From assembly GCA_003345595.1 (NCBI GenBank), contig PRDI01000076.1, forward strand, positions 1 to 24,464: DNA of 24,464 nt, given 5' to 3'. Made by a program: the position numbers and the translations under genes. Shown here in pieces: positions 16,116-23,480 of this stretch; positions within the stretch are counted from its first letter, which is position 1; every line of letters starts with the position of its first letter. The notes beneath the pieces are model-generated. The model worked only from the letters and a program-made list of their open reading frames with translations. It was not told the origin of the DNA and did not search any database. The stretch is from Candidatus Thorarchaeota archaeon (GTDB lineage: Archaea > Asgardarchaeota > Thorarchaeia > Thorarchaeales > Thorarchaeaceae).

Positions 16116-17063
16116 ATGGGACTGGCCCAAATGCCAGAATACCCAATCCACGCAGAAATCATGCCTCATGTTCACATGATACGAGGAGCAAACAAGTCAA
16201 GGTTCCCGGAGGCGAACGCGCTTCTGATTGACGACGAAGTGATGACCCTCGTCGACGCCGGGCCAAACATGAACCATATTCTGAAGACTCTCTCCGACCT
16301 CGGGCATTCCGTAAGAGACCTTGACCGAATAATACTCACGCACTTCCACATAGATCACAAGGGGCATGCCGCACAGCTTCAGAAGGCCTCAGGATGTGAA
16401 ATAATATGTCATCCCCTTGCAGAGAAAGGCATCAGCACATTCCAAGGGATGGTCGAGTGCTATGGAATAGAGGGCAACCGACGCTTCTCAGGCTGGATGT
16501 CCACTATCACAACTTGGGTACCTCATATTACCTCAGACTGCCCGGTTTCCAGCCACTTCATAGATGGCAAGCCGATAGACTGCGGAGAAACACGGCTCCT
16601 TCCTCTTCATACCCCGGGACATACATCTGATCACACTTGTTTCGGCATAAATGACTACAACACCATACTGCTGGTGGACATTGATCTCACGTCGTTTGGA
16701 CCCTGGTATGGAAATGTGGTCAGCGATCTAGACCAGTTCGAATCATCCATCAAGAAGGTCATGAACCTATCGCCGAAGATGGGCATAAGCGGCCACTTGC
16801 TGGAGCCTGTTACAGAGGAGCTACAAGGACGGCTTGCTGAGTTTCTAGCCGTCTTTGACGAGCGTGACAGACGCATACTCGAACTTGTGGACCGAGGCCA
16901 TGATACGCTTGAGAAGCTCACGAGCCTGCCAACGATTTACCCTCGCATACCGAACGATCTCTTCTACATCTTCGAGGAATTCATGCTAAAGAAGCACATC
17001 GACAGACTTACTGAACGCGGATTGCTCACTGAAACAGATGGCTACTTGAAGGTGAAAAGATAG
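16116..17063 (+). CDS. Metallo-beta-lactamase-fold hydrolase with probable C-terminal winged helix
   Basis: It has LVDAG, THFHIDHKGH (HxHxDH), HTPGHT, the Asp in VDIDL and ISGH. The C-terminus (KKHIDRLTERGLL) is wHTH-like. The start may be 16131. Confidence 0.88.
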   Translation: MGLAQMPEYPIHAEIMPHVHMIRGANKSRFPEANALLIDDEVMTLVDAGPNMNHILKTLSDLGHSVRDLDRIILTHFHIDHKGHAAQLQKASGCEIICHPLAEKGISTFQGMVECYGIEGNRRFSGWMSTITTWVPHITSDCPVSSHFIDGKPIDCGETRLLPLHTPGHTSDHTCFGINDYNTILLVDIDLTSFGPWYGNVVSDLDQFESSIKKVMNLSPKMGISGHLLEPVTEELQGRLAEFLAVFDERDRRILELVDRGHDTLEKLTSLPTIYPRIPNDLFYIFEEFMLKKHIDRLTERGLLTETDGYLKVKR

Positions 17064-17084
17064 CGGCGAGGTATAGCCTCGCCG
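17064..17084. terminator. Hairpin between convergent genes (possible bidirectional terminator)
   Basis: CGGCGAGG-TATAG-CCTCGCCG is a perfect 8-bp stem immediately after the MBL gene stop. Confidence 0.6.
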
Positions 17085-17093
17085 GTCATTGTT

Positions 17094-17879
17094 CTACTTG
17101 TGAGAAAAGCTCGGCGTTCTCTTAGAGAGAAAGGCATCAACACCTTCTTCCTTGTCTTTCGTGTCGAAAGTCTGGCAGAACGCATCAACTTCGAACTTGA
17201 GACTCTTTTCCAGCGGCAGCTCCCAGGATTTGTTCAATGACTGCTTGGCCAGCTTTATTGCAACACCAGGTTTAGTCGCTAGTGTCTTTGCCAGCTTCAT
17301 CGTTCCCTCGCGGAGAGCCAAGACGCTCTCAAACACCTTGTTGACAAGACCTAGTCTGAACGCTTCGTCCGCCGCGATCTGTTCGCCTGTGTACACAAGC
17401 TCCTTGGCAATCCCAAGGCCTACGAGCCGCGGAAGGCGCGCAGTCCCACCAAAGCCGGGCATGATCCCCAAGTTAATCTCGGGCTGACCGAACCTGGCGT
17501 TGGACGAGGCATACCGGATGTCACAAGCCATAGCAATTTCGCAACCGCCGCCCAAGGCAAACCCATTGATGGCAGCGATGACAGGCTTGCTCATTGACTC
17601 TATGTACCTACAAAGCTCTTGACCATTCTCCGTCAGCGGTCTCACCGCTGAAGAGTTCTTGTTCGTGAACTCACTTATGTCAGCCCCGGCGGCAAATGCC
17701 TTTTCCTCAGCGCCCGTCAGGACGACGACTCTGACAGAACGGTCTTCTTCTGCTCGTCTGAACAGCTCTCTGAGCGTCTTCACGACAGTGGAGTTCAGAG
17801 CGTTGTATTTCTTGGGACGGTTTAGCGTTATTGTCGCGACCCCTTCAGCGGCTTGATAGAGCACATCTTGTTCGGACAT
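17094..17879 (-). CDS. Enoyl-CoA hydratase (crotonase)
   Basis: It has LNRP..YNAL, AFAAGADI, KPVIAAINGFALGGGCEIAMACD and QPEINLGIMPGFGGT, with both catalytic Glu. ATG 17879 follows GAGGAG. Confidence 0.95.
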   Translation of the reverse strand: MSEQDVLYQAAEGVATITLNRPKKYNALNSTVVKTLRELFRRAEEDRSVRVVVLTGAEEKAFAAGADISEFTNKNSSAVRPLTENGQELCRYIESMSKPVIAAINGFALGGGCEIAMACDIRYASSNARFGQPEINLGIMPGFGGTARLPRLVGLGIAKELVYTGEQIAADEAFRLGLVNKVFESVLALREGTMKLAKTLATKPGVAIKLAKQSLNKSWELPLEKSLKFEVDAFCQTFDTKDKEEGVDAFLSKRTPSFSHK

Positions 17880-18103
17880 CTTTAGTCTCCTCGCTAGGAT
17901 GAGGAAACCTCTGGTGGTGAATAATAAGCATTCGCTCATCGTGGCGTGTGATTAGGGTAGGCAGTTTTCGAAGAAGTGACAAGGAGCGCGTAGTCTTGTT
18001 AGAGCATCACGCCGATGCAGTAGAGCATATTCGGACTGGCTCTAGATTTATCTGCATGTCGTGCCTCATGTCGAGTGTCCGCACAAGCGCCTAGTGAAAG
18101 GAC

Positions 18104-18451
18104 TTGGAGGCATCTCCGACGGTTCAAGTCTGGAAGGAATCGCTTCTGGCCATGAGGAACTCCCTACAGAGCAGTTATGAGATGGAGAGATCTGTTGAAG
18201 AACGGATTCGGCATTCCAGACCAGCTGTCCTCTACGATGCTCGGCAAGTCCCGTGTATTGACTGCCAGCACAATGAAGGACTCAAGCGCATCAAGCAGAT
18301 TATCGACCTCATTGACAGCGCTGTGAAGCAGTTGGACCAATGCGACTCCGCAGGTGCATCGAACATATACCTCCGAACCCTCGAGGCAGTAGCCCTCATC
18401 TCAAGACATGCCAAGGTTGCTGAGAAGTCGTTTCCAGAGCTGAAGCCCTAG
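18104..18451 (+). CDS. Small helical hypothetical protein with central CxxC
   Basis: 115-aa ORF in an otherwise empty interval. Amphipathic helices flank PCIDCQH. The TTG start follows AAGGA. Confidence 0.5.
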   Translation: MEASPTVQVWKESLLAMRNSLQSSYEMERSVEERIRHSRPAVLYDARQVPCIDCQHNEGLKRIKQIIDLIDSAVKQLDQCDSAGASNIYLRTLEAVALISRHAKVAEKSFPELKP

Positions 18452-18512
18452 ATGGGGCAAAAGGGCTGGTCGCAGGGGTCTATGAACTACTGACAACGGA
18501 CGGTAAAACGCT

Positions 18513-18552
18513 GAAAAAGTAGGAGACAGGGTCACCGCCAACGGGGACCCTG
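18513..18552 (-). terminator. Hairpin + T-tract terminator after the thiolase-DUF35 operon
   Basis: Stem CAGGGTC.CCG / CGG.GACCCTG at 18527-18552, followed on the minus strand by TCTCCTACTTTTTC. Confidence 0.6.
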
Positions 18553-18572
18553 ACCTCAGCTAGACTCTGTAT

Positions 18573-18989
18573 CTATACTTGCCACTTGTAGGTGACTTGT
18601 TTGTCCGATACACGCTCGAAGCTAAGCTTGAGCTTCATGCCGACTTTGGGCATGTCCATCAGATTGGTGATGTGCGCTGTGAGTCTGCGGCCCGATGGAA
18701 ACTCTCCAATCGCGACTACGTAGGGTTGCCGAGAAGCGAGGCTCTCTGGCGCGAACTCCACAACGGTGAACGAAACCAGCTTTGCATCGCGCTCGGTGAA
18801 CTCCGTTAGCTCACATTCCGTCAGGCACTTCTGACAGTACTGTCGGGGTGGAAGGTACTCGCTCTTGCACTTCTTGCAGGTGCTCTTCATGAGCTGCTGC
18901 TTCTCAAGTGCCTCAAGGAACTGCTTGAAGAATGGAGTGACAGCCTTGTCTGTTGTGTAGCCTAGGTAGATCTCTTTCTCGCCTGACAT
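18573..18989 (-). CDS. DUF35 Zn-ribbon + OB-fold protein (thiolase partner)
   Basis: It has CKKC..YLPPRQYCQKC, SFTVV and PYVVAIGEF. It starts 2 bp after the thiolase stop. Confidence 0.92.
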   Translation of the reverse strand: MSGEKEIYLGYTTDKAVTPFFKQFLEALEKQQLMKSTCKKCKSEYLPPRQYCQKCLTECELTEFTERDAKLVSFTVVEFAPESLASRQPYVVAIGEFPSGRRLTAHITNLMDMPKVGMKLKLSFERVSDKQVTYKWQV

Positions 18990-18991
18990 GA

Positions 18992-20158
18992 TTACCAACC
19001 CCTCTCGTAGATGATAACATTGACGAACTGCCCGCTCTGCCCCACGTTGTGAACAAGGCCATACTTGACGTCCTTGATCTGTCGTGTGGGCTTCTCGGCC
19101 TTCTTCCTCATCTGACTGAGGACTTCATAGGTCATCGAAACACCAGTGGCACCCAGCGGATGGCCTTTGCTCTTGAGACCACCATCACAGTTGACAGGTA
19201 TCCTTCCTGTGTGATAGACCTCTTTGTTCTCGATTAGTTGTCTGCCTTTGCCCGGCTCTGCAAAACCGAGGTCTTCATACGCAATCAGTTCAGCAATCGA
19301 GAAACAATCGTGCACCTCGGCCATGTTTATGTCCTTGGGTTGAAGGCCAGCCATCTTGTAGGCAGCCTTTGCAGCCCGCTTGGCACCGGGTATGGACGTC
19401 AGCGACGGACGGTCCTGAATCATCATCTCCGAGGCTCCTGCTCCCATGCCCTTGATCCACATCGGCTGGTCAGTGAACTCTTTAACGCGAGGTTCGGCGA
19501 CAAGCACTACAGCTGCCGCACCATCGGTGATGAGACTGCAATCGTACAGGTTCAAAGGCCTGCAGATTGGGACTGCGTTGTTGGCCTCCTCAAATGACAC
19601 CTCTTTTGGCAGATGCGCCTTTGGGTTCTGTGCACCGTAGTGATGGGACTTTACGGAAATCATCGAAAGCACGTCGTGTGGCAGATTGTATTCAGCCATA
19701 TACCGCGAAGCCATCAAGGCGTAGAACGCAGGGAAGGATATTCCATATGGATACTCCCAACGCATGTCGCCTGCGCGTGACATGTACTCAGTCGCCGTTG
19801 CAGAAGACACCCTGTTCATCTGCTCGACACCAAGTACAAGCATCACGTCATAGAGCCCTGATGCTACCATCCCATAGGCGGCTCTAATGGAAGCTGTGCC
19901 TGTTGCACATGCGGACTCTACTCTCAAGTGCGGCTTCTCCTGAAGGCCTATGGAATCTGCCATGAGAGCAGAGCCAGCACCCTGGCCCGTGAACTGCGAT
20001 GCAGCGTAGGAGAGAACTGTCGCGTCGATGCGATCCTGAGTGATACCCGCATCATAGACAGGCTTGTATGCCTCCGCGCAGAGCTCTCTCATTGTTGCAT
20101 CGTAGCGCTTTCCGAATTTGCTGTGGCCACCGGCCACTACTGCAACTCTTCTAGTCAT
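18992..20158 (-). CDS. Archaeal/SCP2-type thiolase (acetyl-CoA C-acyltransferase)
   Basis: It has ESACATG (nucleophile Cys), DCSLITDGAAA, EVHDCF, GGLKSKGHPLGATG and HNVG. ATG 20158 follows GGAGG. Confidence 0.95.
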   Translation of the reverse strand: MTRRVAVVAGGHSKFGKRYDATMRELCAEAYKPVYDAGITQDRIDATVLSYAASQFTGQGAGSALMADSIGLQEKPHLRVESACATGTASIRAAYGMVASGLYDVMLVLGVEQMNRVSSATATEYMSRAGDMRWEYPYGISFPAFYALMASRYMAEYNLPHDVLSMISVKSHHYGAQNPKAHLPKEVSFEEANNAVPICRPLNLYDCSLITDGAAAVVLVAEPRVKEFTDQPMWIKGMGAGASEMMIQDRPSLTSIPGAKRAAKAAYKMAGLQPKDINMAEVHDCFSIAELIAYEDLGFAEPGKGRQLIENKEVYHTGRIPVNCDGGLKSKGHPLGATGVSMTYEVLSQMRKKAEKPTRQIKDVKYGLVHNVGQSGQFVNVIIYERGW

Positions 20159-20415
20159 TTCTTGTCCTCCGTAGGAACAACCTACATAGTAACAGTGTGT
20201 GTAATCTGAGACGCTCAGCCTGAGTCTGGGAAGACTTTGCACCTAATCTTAAGGTTGACGATTCGTCGTTTATGATGAGTCTGCGGCCGTCGGCGGCACA
20301 ACTTCAACTAGCCAACGCACGGGGAATGACCGTAACAGGGAGTCGAGAGCAGTCAGCTGCATTGGTGAGCAGAGAAGGGAGGACTCATTCAGTTTCTTTC
20401 TCAACAGTGAGGACT

Positions 20416-20456
20416 AAAGAAAAGAAAGTGCGACCCCGTTCAATTTGCCGGGGTCG
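20416..20456 (-). terminator. Hairpin + T-tract terminator after the second crotonase
   Basis: CGACCCCG (20431-20438) pairs with CGGGGTCG (20449-20456), followed on the minus strand by CACTTTCTTTTCTTT. Confidence 0.65.
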
Positions 20457-20470
20457 TAATCATGTTGAGT

Positions 20471-21283
20471 CTAGGCACCTGTGAACTTGCCACGACGCTT
20501 CTCGAAGAGAGCGGCGATTCCTTCACCAAGGTCCTTGGTCTTGAAGCATTCAACACACGAATCGACCTCATACTTGAGGTTCGCTGCGTATGGTGCCTCG
20601 AAAGCCATATGCACAGCTCTCTTGCCAAACTTCATTGCTATCGGGGCGTTTCCTGCGAGCTTTGCTCCGTACCACATCGCTTGACTCATCAGTTCATCGA
20701 TCTTGGTGACCTTGCTGACCAGTCCTGCTGTGAGAGCTTCCTGTGCGGTCAGTTGACCTCCGGTCAGCACCATCTCCATTGCCCTTCCCATGCCAATAGC
20801 TCGGGGCAACCTCACACAACCACCCCAAGCTGGGAAGAGCCCAAGGCCTACCTCCGGTGTGCCAATTTTGGCTTCCTCATCCGCAATCCGGATGTCACAG
20901 GCGAGTGCTATCTCAGTTCCACCACCAAGGCAGAGACCGTGAATTGCAGCGATGACGGGCTTAGTGAGTGTCGCGATCTTGTCGATAGCTTTCTGTCCCT
21001 GTTCCACAAGAATCTTCACCTTGTCGGGTGTGGCAAGCAGGGCCTGAGCCACCTTAAGATCCGCACCAGTGCAAAAGACCTTGTCGTGAGCAGTACCTAT
21101 GACCACCGATCTCACGTCCTTGTCCTTCTCAGCCTCGTCAAGAGCCGCCACTAGATCTGCAATGAATTGATCATTGATGGCGTTCATCGCATCAAGCCTG
21201 TTGAACTTGATGACGGCCACGTTCTTCACGGGGGAGAGAAACGAACCCTCTTTGCTGTACAGCATTGTCTTGAATTCGGGCAT
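20471..21283 (-). CDS. Enoyl-CoA hydratase/isomerase (crotonase) paralog 2
   Basis: It has FNRLDAMNAI, FCTGADL, KPVIAAIHGLCLGGGTEIALACD and PEVGLGLFPAWGG. ATG 21283 follows GAGGTG. Confidence 0.93.
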   Translation of the reverse strand: MPEFKTMLYSKEGSFLSPVKNVAVIKFNRLDAMNAINDQFIADLVAALDEAEKDKDVRSVVIGTAHDKVFCTGADLKVAQALLATPDKVKILVEQGQKAIDKIATLTKPVIAAIHGLCLGGGTEIALACDIRIADEEAKIGTPEVGLGLFPAWGGCVRLPRAIGMGRAMEMVLTGGQLTAQEALTAGLVSKVTKIDELMSQAMWYGAKLAGNAPIAMKFGKRAVHMAFEAPYAANLKYEVDSCVECFKTKDLGEGIAALFEKRRGKFTGA

Positions 21284-21327
21284 CTTAACACCTCTGGTGA
21301 CAGTGGGCTGACGGGAGAATGCCCACC

Positions 21328-21334
21328 TTATAAA
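21328..21334 (-). promoter_or_regulatory. TATA box for crotonase 2
   Basis: TTTATAA on the minus strand about 45 nt upstream of ATG 21283. Confidence 0.5.
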
Positions 21335-21395
21335 CACAATTCATTGTGGACCCGAATGACGAAGCTGTTGCCTGCCTTTGACACTGATATGCAGA

Positions 21396-21434
21396 GAAAA
21401 AGAGGATGATGGCAGGGGGTTAGTTCCCTGCCAT
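21396..21434 (-). terminator. Hairpin + T-tract terminator after the 3-hydroxyacyl-CoA dehydrogenase
   Basis: ATGGCAGGG (21409-21417) pairs with CCCTGCCAT (21426-21434), followed on the minus strand by CATCCTCTTTTTC. Confidence 0.65.
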
Positions 21435-21438
21435 TCTA

Positions 21439-22572
21439 TCACTTACCAGTCTGCAGCATTTTGGGCACACTGTAGCAAGCGCCGAGCTCTTTGTTGAGCT
21501 TCTCGATCTCCGCCTTGACTTTGTCCATGCCAATCTTCTCAGCCATCTCAAATGGACCAACTGGGAAGCTGGCACCTAGCTTCATGGCCTGATCAATATC
21601 GGCCTTTGTCGCAATGCCTTGGTCGACGAGAATCATGGCCTCCCGGATGACGGGTATCGTGATTCGGTTCACGATCATCTGAAGGTTGGCACCCTTGGGC
21701 TTGTCAGGCTCGGACTTTGCGCCACCGTATGCATAGAAGCCCTTCTTCGCCTTCATGCCCAACGCACCAGATTCGACGAGCTTCTTCAGGGTTTCAGGAG
21801 GCTTGAAACAGTCGCCCAACTCTCTGTAGAGAGTGCTCATTGCGTTGTAGGTAACATCGAGACCCACGAAGTCTCCTAGAGTGAACGGTCCTGCTTGGAA
21901 CTTCCCGATTGTCGTCAGAGCAGTATCGATCTCTTCCTTGGTCGCAACTCCTTTCTCATAGAGGAAGATTGCCTCTCTCATAACTGGCATCAGGATGCGG
22001 TTGACGATGAAACCAGGGCTGTTCTTCGCCCTCACAGGAGTCTTTCCCTGCTTCTTACCGACAGCGAATGCAACTTGGACAGTGTCTTCAGTGGTCTTCT
22101 TGCCTATGACCACCTCAAGGAGCTTCATCGACGCGACTGGTGAGAAGTAGTGCATACCGATGAACTTGTCAGGTCTCTTCGTTGCCGTTGCAAGCTCATC
22201 AATGCTCAGGGAAGATGTGTTGGTCGCAAAGATTGCGTGCGGCGGTGCAACCTTGTCTACTTGGGTGAATGTCTTCTTCTTGACTTCCATGTTCTCGAAG
22301 ATGGCTTCGACCACAAGGTCTGCGTCCTTTACCGCATCCTCCAGCTTGACAGTGCTCTTGATGCGACCCATCATTCCCTCGGCCTCCGACATCGACATCT
22401 TGCCTTTCTCGATGCCTGTCATGACGTCGGATCGTAGTCGTTCCATTCCCCGCTCAAGTGCGGCCTGATCGACATCCACGAGGTACACGTTGTAGCCGTT
22501 TCTTGCCGATACATACGCAATCCCCGAGCCCATGAAACCTGAGCCAATGATGGCAATGTTCTTGATTTCCAC
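21439..22572 (-). CDS. 3-hydroxyacyl-CoA dehydrogenase with duplicated C-terminal domain
   Basis: It has IIGSGFMGSGIA, VVEAIFE, ATNTSSL, GMHYFSP..LLE and PGFIVNR. A second IVNR..REA..G.ATK..ID..GPF unit follows. Confidence 0.95.
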   Translation of the reverse strand: MEIKNIAIIGSGFMGSGIAYVSARNGYNVYLVDVDQAALERGMERLRSDVMTGIEKGKMSMSEAEGMMGRIKSTVKLEDAVKDADLVVEAIFENMEVKKKTFTQVDKVAPPHAIFATNTSSLSIDELATATKRPDKFIGMHYFSPVASMKLLEVVIGKKTTEDTVQVAFAVGKKQGKTPVRAKNSPGFIVNRILMPVMREAIFLYEKGVATKEEIDTALTTIGKFQAGPFTLGDFVGLDVTYNAMSTLYRELGDCFKPPETLKKLVESGALGMKAKKGFYAYGGAKSEPDKPKGANLQMIVNRITIPVIREAMILVDQGIATKADIDQAMKLGASFPVGPFEMAEKIGMDKVKAEIEKLNKELGACYSVPKMLQTGK

Positions 22573-22584
22573 TGCGGAAGCCTC

Positions 22585-22941
22585 CTACATACCCATCATT
22601 GCAGCCAGTATCAGGTTTGCTAAGGGATCAGCCTCGTTCGCATTGCCGATGACCTCAAGACGACCGTCCTTCATCGTGTCCTTGAATGGGGTTTCTCCCG
22701 TGAATATTCCCAGCAAGGTCGCCGCCTTGGCCTTGAATATCACGTCAGGACTCGGATAGACGCCAGTGTGCAGTGTCATGTTATCCTTCGTGACGACCAT
22801 GTACTGTGCGCCCTCTTCGGTGAAGACTTGGAGGATTTTCCCATCGTAGGGTCCTACCCAGTCGATGAGGTTCTTCTTGAGATCGGGCTTCTCCTTGACC
22901 TTGGAAGCGAGGAACTGAAAGAACTCTTGTAGCTGTGACAT
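22585..22941 (-). CDS. SCP2 sterol/lipid-binding domain protein
   Basis: PDVIFKAKAATLLGIFTGETPFKDTMKDGRLEVIGN fits the SCP2 pattern PD.T......F..L..G......A...GKL.V.G. Confidence 0.8.
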   Translation of the reverse strand: MSQLQEFFQFLASKVKEKPDLKKNLIDWVGPYDGKILQVFTEEGAQYMVVTKDNMTLHTGVYPSPDVIFKAKAATLLGIFTGETPFKDTMKDGRLEVIGNANEADPLANLILAAMMGM

Positions 22942-22944
22942 GTT

Positions 22945-23217
22945 CTAGTCCCCCTTAGCGACCCAGCCATCGATTGCCTCATGGACGGCTGCGTCCACCG
23001 AACTTGCCCAGATGTTGCCTTTCTTCTTCCGGACCTTGTCCAAGAACCTGTCATAGTCAGGTCCATCCATGAGCAGGACAATCCTGCCCTTCCGGTCGTT
23101 CATGAAAGACTGGTAGACCATCTTCTTGCTTGTCCAGTACTCATGTTGGATGTCGCCCTCTTTCAGGCGAGGGTAAAACGGCCATTGGCCACTTGGATGC
23201 TTTCTGAACTTCGCCAT
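22945..23217 (-). CDS. Small hypothetical protein with possible C-terminal ribbon-helix-helix-like fold
   Basis: It is coupled by TAATG to the upstream gene and ends 3 bp before SCP2. The C-terminal pattern is RIVLLMDGPDYDRFLDKV..SVDAAVHEAIDGWV. Confidence 0.7.
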   Translation of the reverse strand: MAKFRKHPSGQWPFYPRLKEGDIQHEYWTSKKMVYQSFMNDRKGRIVLLMDGPDYDRFLDKVRKKKGNIWASSVDAAVHEAIDGWVAKGD

Positions 23218-23474
23218 TACTTCAGCCTCCACTTCTTGACCAAGTCGCCCGTGGCTTCAAGGAACCCAGGTCGGAATGGCCATTGTACGACGTAGCGCAT
23301 TCCTTTCTCTCCATCCTTCTCACCACCAGACCAGCGTCCGGTGTAGACTCGAGCACCCTTATTGCCGGCGAACTGGCCAATGACTACCTCGATGAGGCCC
23401 TCAAGGGATAGATCGGCCTCCTCTGCCAGTTCCTTCATGTGCTTCAGCACATTCGGATCGAAGTCGACGTTCAT
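23217..23474 (-). CDS. Small hypothetical protein with N-terminal ribbon-helix-helix-like fold
   Basis: MNVDFDPNVLKHMKELAEEADLSLEGLIEVVIGQF resembles CopG-type RHH. It starts 6 bp after the nitroreductase stop, with a GGAG SD. Confidence 0.7.
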   Translation of the reverse strand: MNVDFDPNVLKHMKELAEEADLSLEGLIEVVIGQFAGNKGARVYTGRWSGGEKDGEKGMRYVVQWPFRPGFLEATGDLVKKWRLK

Positions 23475-23480
23475 TCAAAC

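Noticed and set aside
20159-20470. Possible C/D-box sRNA (ATGATGA at 20272) or 70-aa ORF in the long spacer
   Set aside because: No suitably placed CTGA box D follows, no tRNA-like fold is visible, and the ORF runs through a terminator into the convergent gene.
20462-21154. 230-aa plus-strand ORF
   Set aside because: It is the antisense mirror of crotonase 2, a common artefact opposite conserved GC-rich genes.
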